Origin: an uncultured virus (IMG/VR IMGVR_UViG_3300031565_000019)
Lineage: Duplodnaviria; Heunggongvirae; Uroviricota; Caudoviricetes
IMG/VR virus record: IMGVR_UViG_3300031565_000019
Direction: 5' to 3' (one strand)
DNA length: 64,000 nucleotides
Notes under the pieces: generated by a model
Databases searched by the model: none
What the model saw: only the letters and a program-made list of their open reading frames with translations
Told to the model about the DNA's origin: nothing
In this document: positions 29,448 through 37,766 of the stretch, one piece after another
How positions within the stretch are numbered: position 1 is the first letter of the stretch
How the letters are laid out: each line of letters begins with the position of its first letter
Made by a program: the position numbers and the translations under genes

Positions 29448-29861
29448 ATGAAAGAATTGATTAAAGAAGTAGTTTTCAAAAAGGAAATTGATAGTAAGTT
29501 TGGCAAACTTTATTCCTTCAACGTAAAGTATGATGATAAGGTGGCTATTTACCGGTCAAAGTCCAAAGATCAGAAGAAATTCATTGCTGGGGAGGAAGCG
29601 GAATTCACAGAAGAAACGCAGACTTACACTGATAAACAGGGCAATCTTCAAGAATATTTTGTTATTAAACCAGTGATGCAAAACAGGCAGTCAAACTTTG
29701 GTAAGTCGCTCAGTAAAGAGAAAGCTCGTTACAGTGCTATGGCTGTCAGTTACGCAAAAGACATGGTTTGTAATGGTAGGATACCAAAGGAGGATTTGAA
29801 TGATCAGGCTTGGATACTTTTCGAGTTGATGAATGAAATGGATAAAACGCTGGAATCATGA
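29448..29861 (+). CDS. hypothetical protein, possible ssDNA-binding/annealing partner of the exonuclease
   Basis: Directly upstream of and overlapping the YqaJ-like gene; OB-like beta pattern (inference). Confidence 0.45.
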   Translation: MKELIKEVVFKKEIDSKFGKLYSFNVKYDDKVAIYRSKSKDQKKFIAGEEAEFTEETQTYTDKQGNLQEYFVIKPVMQNRQSNFGKSLSKEKARYSAMAVSYAKDMVCNGRIPKEDLNDQAWILFELMNEMDKTLES

Positions 29862-30481
29862 TAATTCATAATATAGAACAGCGCAGCGAAGCTTGGTATT
29901 GTGCTAAATGTGGACTTGTAACATCAACCAGGTTTAAATCTTTATGTGCAAAAGAAACAACCGATTCTTATAAAGATTTGGTAACTAATTTAGCTTGTGA
30001 AATAATCACTGGTAAGATTGAAGAAACATATTCTAATACCTTAATGGAGCAGGCACTCGAATTAGAACCCATTGCCAGACAAGAATATGAATGGATAACG
30101 GATATTCCAGTTAAGACAGTCGGATTTATCACACCGGATGAAGATCATAAATATCATAACTGGATTGGTGATTCTCCGGATGGACTTCTGCCTGAAGATG
30201 GAATACTTGAAATAAAATGTCCTTTAGCTCGGACACACTTTGAATATATTGAAGCAAATAAACTACCTTCAGAATACCGGTATCAGGTGCAGGGTCATCT
30301 TTTCGTTACTGGGTTGAATTTTTGCGACTTTGTTTCTTTTGTTCCCGGCATGAAGTTATTCATTAACAGAGTTGAACCTGACTTAGAACTCTTTGCCGAA
30401 TTTGGGAGGCGACTTGATATTTTGATTCCGCAAGTTGAACAGAAATTATTAATGTACGAACGATATAATATCTACGAATGA
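29858..30481 (+). CDS. YqaJ/lambda-exonuclease-like viral recombinase
   Basis: 'EQRSEAW', 'LEPIAR..YE', 'SPDGL....LEIKCP' and 'YQVQG'. Confidence 0.9.
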   Translation: MIIHNIEQRSEAWYCAKCGLVTSTRFKSLCAKETTDSYKDLVTNLACEIITGKIEETYSNTLMEQALELEPIARQEYEWITDIPVKTVGFITPDEDHKYHNWIGDSPDGLLPEDGILEIKCPLARTHFEYIEANKLPSEYRYQVQGHLFVTGLNFCDFVSFVPGMKLFINRVEPDLELFAEFGRRLDILIPQVEQKLLMYERYNIYE

Positions 30482-30837
30482 AAATATTTCAAATTCCTGC
30501 TGAATTAAAAAGATACAGATCAATGATCAATAAGATGCTTCAAATTTCCTTTGAGACATCAGAATTGACTCCTGAACAAATGGCGAATATCCACTGGTCA
30601 CTTGATAAAGTTGGATTTTTGGCTTTCGCTCCTGATCCCTTCACTACTCAGGAACTTGATGAGATTGATAAGCTCAAAGTTGAATTCAATGATACTGGTA
30701 AACCACCCTCACAGAGATTGCGTGCAGTTTTGTTTTTATTATGGAAGCAAGACCCTGAAGGTTACAAGACTTCAAATGATCATTATATATCAAAGATGGA
30801 AACTCTTATTGAACATTTTAAAGGGAAATTAGCATGA
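30478..30837 (+). CDS. conserved phage hypothetical protein
   Basis: 'K.PSQRLRAVLF..W' motif common in phage recombination regions. Confidence 0.65.
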   Translation: MKIFQIPAELKRYRSMINKMLQISFETSELTPEQMANIHWSLDKVGFLAFAPDPFTTQELDEIDKLKVEFNDTGKPPSQRLRAVLFLLWKQDPEGYKTSNDHYISKMETLIEHFKGKLA

Positions 30838-30984
30838 AAAAAGGAAATTGGAGAAATTTTTTTCCTGATACAAAATATTCTGATTTACTGATATGGATAA
30901 ATGAACAGATATCGGGGAATTATACTAAAGAAGATAAGGAGAATAATGGAGCATTGGTTCTTAAAAATAAGATCAGCATAATCA

Positions 30985-31419
30985 TTGAAATATTTGATAA
31001 AGATTAAGCTTAAAATGAAAGCGAAATCCCTGCCTCAACTGATAGCTAAATGCCAATTGCTCTTCAATAAGTACGTCCGGGCCCGGGACCTGTCAGGAGA
31101 CCATTTTAAATGTATTTCCTGCGGTCAGATCAAGTCGGAACGTTTCATGAACTGTGGACACTACTATAACGTTGGGCACTACGCAGGACTTCGTTTCAAT
31201 GAAGATAACGCACACGGGCAATGTAATCATTGTAATACGTTTCTGCATGGTAATCTGATTGAATACCGGGATAACCTCTTTATGAAAATCGGTGCTGAAC
31301 GTTTTGAGAATTTGAAACTTAAAGCTTTGTATTACAAACGGAGCGGGCACAAATTTAGTCGTTTCGAGGTGATACAGAAAATTGAAGAGTTAATGCGGAA
31401 ATTAAAAGAATTGAAATGA
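30985..31419 (+). CDS. ninG: NinG/Rap-family endonuclease (likely start 31015)
   Basis: 'FNKYVRARD', 'CISCG', 'CGHY', 'LRFNEDN.HGQC..CN' and 'GNLIEYR'. Confidence 0.88.
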   Translation: MKYLIKIKLKMKAKSLPQLIAKCQLLFNKYVRARDLSGDHFKCISCGQIKSERFMNCGHYYNVGHYAGLRFNEDNAHGQCNHCNTFLHGNLIEYRDNLFMKIGAERFENLKLKALYYKRSGHKFSRFEVIQKIEELMRKLKELK

Positions 31420-32240
31420 AATTATTGAGAATATTTCCACGTAAAACAAATGCTACACCTATTGATGAAAATGTAATTATCAACAGGATGCCAAATTTAT
31501 TTGATGAAGCAGATCAAATTCATATTTCCGTTGCTTTTAGTTGGGATATTCCGATAGCCGAAAAACTTTATAAAGAATGGTATTTTGTTGCACCAATTAA
31601 AATAGGTGGACCTGCCTTTAATGAACCAGGGGATGAATTTGAACCCGGAATGTATTTAAAGCAAGGATATACAATTACATCAAGAGGATGTCAGAATAAA
31701 TGTTGGTTTTGTTCAGTATGGAAAAGAGAACCAGAATTGAAAGAATTGCAAATAAAAGACGGATGGAATGTTTTAGACGATAATTTATTGCAATGTTCAG
31801 AAAATCATATTCGGAAAGTATTTGAAATGCTTAAAAGGCAAAATCATAAACCGAGATTTACCGGTGGTTTGGAGGCAAATTTATTAACAGAAGAAAGAGC
31901 AAAACAATTAAAAGAATTAAGACCAGAAGCATTATATTTTGCTTATGATACACCGAATGATTTGGATTCCCTGATAAATGCGGGATCCATTTTAAAAAAT
32001 GTTGGATTTGGCAAATCACATGATATGATGTGTTATGTTTTAATTGGTTATCCGAATGATACAATCGAAAAGGCTAAAAAAAGAATTGCACAGACCGTCT
32101 ATGCAGGATTTATGCCTTTTGCAATGCGTTATAGAGATGAGAAGGGATTGGTTTTAAAAGAAAGAAAATGGAATTTATTTCAACGCGAATGGACAAATCC
32201 AATTATTTGTGCTGCAAATTGTAAAAAATTAAAAAATTGA
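31416..32240 (+). CDS. radical SAM superfamily protein
   Basis: 'TSRGCQNKCWFC' CxxxCxxC, 'LDDNLL' and 'YVLIGY'. Confidence 0.85.
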   Translation: MKLLRIFPRKTNATPIDENVIINRMPNLFDEADQIHISVAFSWDIPIAEKLYKEWYFVAPIKIGGPAFNEPGDEFEPGMYLKQGYTITSRGCQNKCWFCSVWKREPELKELQIKDGWNVLDDNLLQCSENHIRKVFEMLKRQNHKPRFTGGLEANLLTEERAKQLKELRPEALYFAYDTPNDLDSLINAGSILKNVGFGKSHDMMCYVLIGYPNDTIEKAKKRIAQTVYAGFMPFAMRYRDEKGLVLKERKWNLFQREWTNPIICAANCKKLKN

Positions 32241-32426
32241 AATGACAACTTACTATCAAATATTAGTCCGTGGAAGACCAATGAAGCCTACTCAGGGTGC
32301 TCCTTATGAGTTTAGTACCTATCAGGAGGCCCTGGATATGGTCAGTATGTGTTACGGCTTAGAATCGCTTAAAAAGGACGTGGAGATAATAGAAGTAAAT
32401 CCGTATTTGAAGATAAAATAACTAAT

Positions 32427-32714
32427 ATGAAAGAATATCCAGATACAAGAGATTTAATGATTATCAAAGAATGGGATGCTATTAAAGATCCATTTGGGCT
32501 AATAGAATTTATCGAATCTGTTACATGGACTCCCGATTGGTGTATAGAAATAAGAGGGAAACATATAAAGTGGTTTGAATTTCATACAGCGGGTTGGTCT
32601 GGTAATGAGGAAATAATTGAAGCACTAAGAGAAAATCAAATGTTCTTTGCCCTTTATTGGAAAAAAACTTACAAGGGAGGGCATTACTATTTTAAAGTTT
32701 ATAAACTTAAATAA
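32427..32714 (+). CDS. hypothetical phage protein
   Basis: 'HTAGWSGNEEII.AL...GGHY' motif. Confidence 0.7.
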   Translation: MKEYPDTRDLMIIKEWDAIKDPFGLIEFIESVTWTPDWCIEIRGKHIKWFEFHTAGWSGNEEIIEALRENQMFFALYWKKTYKGGHYYFKVYKLK

Positions 32715-32722
32715 TTAAAACG

Positions 32723-32908
32723 ATGGCACAGAGAAAAGTATTTGTAAGTAAAGCTGGTATTGAATTAGCAGCAATGGTAACGAATGACAATGAATTGTCG
32801 TTGGAAATCAAAGACGGTGAAGATAAATTAGCTATTTTCCTGGAAGCAGATGATACCGCAGATCTGATTCGGGAGTTGCAGAAGATCAAAAAGATTATTG
32901 CAAAATAG
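32723..32908 (+). CDS. hypothetical protein
   Basis: Clean ORF ending at the left direct repeat of array A. Confidence 0.55.
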   Translation: MAQRKVFVSKAGIELAAMVTNDNELSLEIKDGEDKLAIFLEADDTADLIRELQKIKKIIAK

Positions 32909-32979
32909 TGGTATTTAATAAATAAGTTGCAATTTTCATTGAAAATCTCAGAAATTCATGAATTTAAACAATGTTGATT

Positions 32980-33449
32980 TCTAAATATCGCATTAAATGG
33001 GCATTTGCGAAAAGCAAAAACATCAAAAAAATAAAGTTCTTTGATATCCAATATACTTTTAAAAAAACTTCAGGAACCAAAAAGTTATTTCTTCTTGGCA
33101 ATACTTTTTGAAAAAGTTCAAAGTTAAAAAAGTTATTCTTTGGCTCACGGACTTTTCAAAAAAGTTCAAAAGTAAAAGATTGTATCTCTAAAACTCAGAA
33201 GGTTTTGAAAAGTCCAAAAGTAAAAGATTGTATCTTCAAAACTTGAAAGGTTTTAAAAAGTTTGAAATTTAAAAAGTATAACTTCAAAAGTTGCAATCTC
33301 AAAAAAAGTTTGAAAATCAAAAAGTATATCTCTGAGAAAAAAACTTTTTAAAAAAGTTTCATTTTAAAAAAGTATAGATTACTTCGCTGAACTTTACAAA
33401 AATTGATAAATTTGAACGTCGCAAATGCCCATTAAATGTCAACTCTTAA
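32980..33449. repeat. array A: 8 degenerate 48-bp units bracketed by dyad sites
   Basis: The AAAAG-W5-CTTT anchor recurs at 33036, 33084, 33132, 33180, 33228, 33276, 33324 and 33372. End sites: CATTAAATGGGCATTTGCGA (32991-33010) and TCGCAAATGCCCATTAAATG (33419-33438). Confidence 0.9.
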
Positions 33450-33696
33450 AATTGAAATATTCGTAATTTATGATTTTTACAGAAAAAAACAGAACTTTTA
33501 AAAGATTTCCTGAAATAGTTGTATTTAATAAATAATTTTAAAAATAAGTTGTATCTTCGTACCGTAATACGAGTGACATGAATAGTAAAATTCTTATTAT
33601 TAACAATACTGCCTCCGGGCAGAAGATACCACAGAGGTTGCGGTCACTCGTTCCTGATGTGGTTTTTCTTTTGCTCTGGGGGCTTAATTTTTAATA

Positions 33697-34392
33697 GTGG
33701 CTAAAAGATTTATTGATACCGGCTTTTTAGATCAGAAATGGATAAGAAAATTAACTCCAGAGAAAAAGATATTTCTTATTTATTTGATGCTTAAATGTGA
33801 TAATGGAGGTATCATTGAATTAGATATTGAAGATATTGAATTTTGGGTTGGTAAAAAAATTGGTAATCTGGACTTTTTACCTGAAAATTATTTGATACAA
33901 TTGAATAATTCAAGTAAATATTTTATGCCGAAATTTATTGAATGGCAATATAAAGATTTAACTTCTCAAAAATATATAGTTGTTCAGGCAAGACAAATAC
34001 TTGAAAAACATGGACTTATAAATGATGATTTTACATTAAATTTAGATAAAAGTTACATAAAAGTTACAAAAGAGTTTCCTGAAAGTCAGGAAACAGGTAT
34101 AAGTAATGGTAATGGTATAGGTAATGGTAAAGAAAAGAGTGAAGAATTGTTAAAGAAGAGAGAAGATGCTTTTAAATTGGATGTTTCTATATTCTCCGGC
34201 AATTATTCACAAGAGATGCTTCAAAAGTTTGTAAATTACTGGACTGAGAAAAACAAAAGTAAAACAAAGATGCGTTTTGAGTTGGAAAAAACATTTGAAA
34301 TAAATAAACGTTTGGCGACATGGGCAGGCAGGGATAGGGATATTCTTAAAACAAGCAAATTTGAGCCTAAAATAAGCACTAAATATTTGTAA
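33697..34392 (+). CDS. putative replication initiator / replisome organiser
   Basis: N-terminal 'AKRFIDT...W.RKL....K....YL...CD..G' and C-terminal 'F.NYWTE.NKS.TKMRFELEKT....RL.TW' seen in Bacteroidota phage replication proteins. Confidence 0.7.
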   Translation: MAKRFIDTGFLDQKWIRKLTPEKKIFLIYLMLKCDNGGIIELDIEDIEFWVGKKIGNLDFLPENYLIQLNNSSKYFMPKFIEWQYKDLTSQKYIVVQARQILEKHGLINDDFTLNLDKSYIKVTKEFPESQETGISNGNGIGNGKEKSEELLKKREDAFKLDVSIFSGNYSQEMLQKFVNYWTEKNKSKTKMRFELEKTFEINKRLATWAGRDRDILKTSKFEPKISTKYL

Positions 34393-34393
34393 C

Positions 34394-34924
34394 ATGGAGA
34401 AAGACGAAAAATATCAGATGTATGCAAATGACCTTGTAATAAATGTACCTATTGACATTTTGAAGCAACTCATAAACTTATTCATGTTTGAGTCAGCTAT
34501 TAATATGGGTTGTGAAGTTAACGACAAAACACTCGAAAGGACTATTTACTACATCCAGAAGGATTATGGTTATATTCCTGTTAGTTATGTTGCTTCTGCA
34601 TTCATTCAGGGATCACTTGGTAAATTGCCTTATGCTGTCGGGATGACAAAACTTGTACCTAAAACTATACATTACTGGTTGGGGGAAGTGAGTATGGAGT
34701 ATAACAGGGCAATAGCTAAGAAGAAGCAGAAGGATCGGGAGTCGGATGTGGCTATTGCTTATGATCTGCATAAATATCCACTGGGACAAGCAATAATACA
34801 AAAAATTAGGTGGCATAAAGAGGGGAAATTGGATGGTGATGCTTGGGATCATGTGGAATTAAAGAAGCTTGCTGAGGCTATTGCGAGGAAGGAAGAGATA
34901 ACGTTTGATAAATTTTACAAATAG
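34394..34924 (+). CDS. hypothetical protein next to the initiator
   Basis: Operon position only. Confidence 0.6.
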   Translation: MEKDEKYQMYANDLVINVPIDILKQLINLFMFESAINMGCEVNDKTLERTIYYIQKDYGYIPVSYVASAFIQGSLGKLPYAVGMTKLVPKTIHYWLGEVSMEYNRAIAKKKQKDRESDVAIAYDLHKYPLGQAIIQKIRWHKEGKLDGDAWDHVELKKLAEAIARKEEITFDKFYK

Positions 34925-34926
34925 TT

Positions 34927-35343
34927 ATGGAAAATTATGAATTAAATATCAATGCGCCACCAAAACGTATTAATAACTGGTTTTCAAAAGGTCATGTTCC
35001 TTTCAATAAAGGGAAGAAATGGACTGAATGGATGGATGGCAGAAAACAGAAGAAAGTTAAAAAATGTCTTAAGCTTGGACGAGGTAATTATAATTTACCT
35101 GGTGCTAACCGAAGGGCTGTTGTAGCTATTAAAGATGGCAAACTGGTAGCATATAGGAGTGCAACGGATGCAGCTGCTATATTAAAAGCCAGAGGAGTAA
35201 AAATTAACAGACGAAATATTTGCGCTGTTTGTCACGGGGAAAAATTCACAAATGGTAAATATAGTTATGTAAGAAAGAAGGCCGGGGGCTATACATGGCA
35301 CTTTGCAGATGATACACAAAAATATAATCATTTAGTACAATAA
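34927..35343 (+). CDS. NUMOD-type DNA-binding motif protein
   Basis: 'F.KGHVPFNKGKK' and 'Y.S...AA.......NI..VC.G....AGGY.W' (NUMOD1/IENR1-like). Confidence 0.7.
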   Translation: MENYELNINAPPKRINNWFSKGHVPFNKGKKWTEWMDGRKQKKVKKCLKLGRGNYNLPGANRRAVVAIKDGKLVAYRSATDAAAILKARGVKINRRNICAVCHGEKFTNGKYSYVRKKAGGYTWHFADDTQKYNHLVQ

Positions 35344-35345
35344 TT

Positions 35346-35630
35346 ATGATTTTACTTAAATTCACACACGGCATTGAGCTTCTTATTGCTGCTCTGCTGT
35401 TGAGCTTCATTGTTATTTACATCTGTTATTGGCTTGGTGACAGGCAAAACAAGAAGGACTATGAGAAAGCGTATAACTACCTTAAATTTCTGGTTGAGCA
35501 TTCAGTTGTCAATGCTCCGACAAAGAAAGCTATCAAGGAGAAGTTTGATGAGATAAGCACGTATTCTTGTAAGAACTATGAGAAACTACAAGTACTGGAG
35601 AAGGCGTTTATTCAGAAATTTGCGAAATAA
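35346..35630 (+). CDS. membrane-anchored hypothetical protein
   Basis: N-terminal TM helix. Confidence 0.55.
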   Translation: MILLKFTHGIELLIAALLLSFIVIYICYWLGDRQNKKDYEKAYNYLKFLVEHSVVNAPTKKAIKEKFDEISTYSCKNYEKLQVLEKAFIQKFAK

Positions 35631-35638
35631 TTAGTATC

Positions 35639-36010
35639 ATGGACACAAAAAACGAATTATTTAAAAAGGTTTACATTAAGACCAAAGCTGATTTACCGAA
35701 AGGTGAAAGGGCAATATATTTTGTAGGAGTTAAAGATAATTTGAATCCTGAAGATATATATGAATGGTTTATTTATGAAAATCCTATAATGTCTGATAAT
35801 CAGGCTGAATATTGGCTCAATACATTTGACTGGTATCTTCAACCTATTGAGGAGCAGGAAGAAAAATCTATTGAAAAGCAGGAATATAATTTACCTCCAT
35901 TTAATTTTTGTCCCGGATGTGGTAAAGATTGGGAGTTTGACTCAGATGAATTTGGTTGCTGGTCATGTGGATATAGTAAGGTTAAAATTACAATGATACC
36001 AGAAAAATAA
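35639..36010 (+). CDS. hypothetical protein with Zn ribbon
   Basis: CPGCG...CWSCG. Confidence 0.6.
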   Translation: MDTKNELFKKVYIKTKADLPKGERAIYFVGVKDNLNPEDIYEWFIYENPIMSDNQAEYWLNTFDWYLQPIEEQEEKSIEKQEYNLPPFNFCPGCGKDWEFDSDEFGCWSCGYSKVKITMIPEK

Positions 36011-36023
36011 ATCAAAATAACCA

Positions 36024-36434
36024 ATGAACACAAAAGACAAGTTGATTGAAAAGCTGAAAGAATTAATTGGATATTTTGAAATAAATTATATTCCAACCGG
36101 GATCATTTATAGACAGTGGTATAATGAAATTATAAAATATCTTCCGAGTCCTATTAAAGCAAGTCCGGGTTCGAATTTTCAACCTGTTCATGCAAAAAAT
36201 ATAATTCGCAAACTTAAATCAGAGATTGCCGCACTTGACAAGCAGGTTGAGGAGCAGGAATCAAAGAGATTAACTGATGCGGAAATCACAGCAAGGGCAA
36301 AGATTTATGCAAGAGATCACAGTGAGGCACCTGATAAAGATTGTCCTGTGTGGATTGAGCATGATTATTGTGCTGGTGCTGTTATGGCGAGGGAATTTTA
36401 TACAGGTGTAATTCAGGACTTGGGGAAGGAGTAG
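36024..36434 (+). CDS. hypothetical modular protein
   Basis: Shares two blocks with 25640-25918. Confidence 0.6.
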   Translation: MNTKDKLIEKLKELIGYFEINYIPTGIIYRQWYNEIIKYLPSPIKASPGSNFQPVHAKNIIRKLKSEIAALDKQVEEQESKRLTDAEITARAKIYARDHSEAPDKDCPVWIEHDYCAGAVMAREFYTGVIQDLGKE

Positions 36435-36466
36435 GAATTAAAACTATTAAAATAAAATAAAATAAA

Positions 36467-36772
36467 ATGTCAAATTGTTATCCACAGAGGAATTTAAAAA
36501 CAGGCAAAATACAAAAGTCGCTTTGCGAGAATTGTATTAACAATCTTAAATTAAAATATCTAAAAACAGGTTCATTTTGGAGAGATGATATTATGAAAGC
36601 AGCAAGAGATGTTGAAAATGAAGTAATTTTTAATCATGAACAAAATTGTATTTATCTAAATTTTTCTGGTCATGACATGGAACGAATTGTGGTTATAGAA
36701 TGTAACCAATATAAAACCAAAAAATTAACAGAAATAGTACAAACAAAATTAATTGAATATAAAAGCAATTAA
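36467..36772 (+). CDS. hypothetical protein
   Basis: Clean ORF. Confidence 0.5.
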   Translation: MSNCYPQRNLKTGKIQKSLCENCINNLKLKYLKTGSFWRDDIMKAARDVENEVIFNHEQNCIYLNFSGHDMERIVVIECNQYKTKKLTEIVQTKLIEYKSN

Positions 36773-36775
36773 ATC

Positions 36776-36991
36776 ATGGAAGAAAAGAAACCATTTTTAG
36801 AATTTTTAGATATGGGGTTTATCCTATGGATAAGGAAGTTTGGTGATGATAAAGATAAAGATTGTCTCAGAGGTTCGGGATTCCCAACTCAAAAGGATAG
36901 AGAATCATCTGCGAGAGCTTACAAAAAATATACAAAATTTCTTGAAGGAAAGAGTGTTGATGATATTAGAAAAATTATGGATCAGAAATAA
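36776..36991 (+). CDS. hypothetical protein
   Basis: Clean ORF. Confidence 0.5.
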   Translation: MEEKKPFLEFLDMGFILWIRKFGDDKDKDCLRGSGFPTQKDRESSARAYKKYTKFLEGKSVDDIRKIMDQK

Positions 36992-37005
36992 AAACCAAAT
37001 AACCA

Positions 37006-37215
37006 ATGAGTTGCGAAATTTGTGGACGGGGAGCTTGCACGAGGAGTTTTCACTCTTTAGAAGAGCAAGCGAGCTTTGATAATGTGGGCGATAAGATTAA
37101 AGAACGCATGAGAAATATTCTCTGTAAAAGAATAGAAGGAATTAAAGGGGAATATATTGCTGATGATTATTATGTTAAATTAGCAGATGTTATTGATATT
37201 ATAGAAGATTATTAA
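37006..37215 (+). CDS. small Cys-containing hypothetical protein
   Basis: 'MSCEICGRGACTRSFHS.EEQ'. Confidence 0.6.
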   Translation: MSCEICGRGACTRSFHSLEEQASFDNVGDKIKERMRNILCKRIEGIKGEYIADDYYVKLADVIDIIEDY

Positions 37216-37263
37216 CCAATGAGTAAATATTTGCATTAAGGGGATATAAGCAGAAAAATAAGT

Positions 37264-37294
37264 TTTGATTTGTCAGAAAATATGTTTATCTTTG
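37264..37294 (+). promoter_or_regulatory. Bacteroidota promoter driving TIGR-like array 1
   Basis: TTTG (37264-37267), 19 nt, TATCTTTG (37287-37294); the predicted TSS falls in the first edge repeat. Confidence 0.8.
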
Positions 37295-37296
37295 CA

Positions 37297-37377
37297 AATG
37301 AATCATTTGATTTAAGATAACCAAAATTGACAAGTGAATCAGGATGTTCAAGATAACCAATATGCCTAAGTGAACCG
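37297..37377 (+). ncRNA. TIGR-like dual-repeat guide array 1 (2 x 36 nt)
   Basis: AGTGAATCA / 9 nt / AGATAACCA / 9 nt. Spacer pairs TTTGATTTA+AAATTGACA and GGATGTTCA+ATATGCCTA. Confidence 0.75.
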
Positions 37378-37398
37378 GAGAATATACTCCGGTTTTTT
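37373..37398 (+). terminator. Rho-independent terminator of array 1
   Basis: AACCGGAG-AATATA-CTCCGGTT followed by T run. Confidence 0.8.
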
Positions 37399-37437
37399 AA
37401 TTTGATAACATTTTTCATTTAAAATAGAAATAATTAT

Positions 37438-37445
37438 TAACTTTG
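37438..37445 (+). promoter_or_regulatory. putative -7 promoter box for module 2 packaging genes
   Basis: TAACTTTG fits TAnnTTTG; no clear -33 box. Confidence 0.5.
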
Positions 37446-37472
37446 CCGAAAAATACGGCCGAATACGGCTGA

Positions 37473-37766
37473 ATGCAATCGAATATGGCAAAGACAAGTA
37501 CATCGTTTAAAAATGGGAATAGTGGAAAACCTCCAGGAGCGCAAAATAGAACGACTAAAGAGGCGAAGGAACTTCTTGAACAAATACTACTCGGGCAATT
37601 AGATAATATCAAGGCGGCACTTGAAACAGTATTAGCGAATGATCCTGGTCGTTATCTGGATTCCTGCAATAAATTATTCACTTATGTATTGCCGAGAAAA
37701 ACAGATATTACATCTGATGGGGAAAAGATAAATATTACATTTACACCCCATGAATCTAAAGATTAA
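37473..37766 (+). CDS. terS: putative terminase small subunit, module 2 (likely start 37485)
   Basis: 'TSFKNGNSGKPPGAQNRTT' N-terminus and 'DITSDGEKI' C-terminus; overlaps TerL. Confidence 0.7.
   Translation: MQSNMAKTSTSFKNGNSGKPPGAQNRTTKEAKELLEQILLGQLDNIKAALETVLANDPGRYLDSCNKLFTYVLPRKTDITSDGEKINITFTPHESKD

Noticed and set aside
37236..37418. Minus-strand 60-aa ORF
   Set aside because: Antisense reading of TIGR-like array 1.
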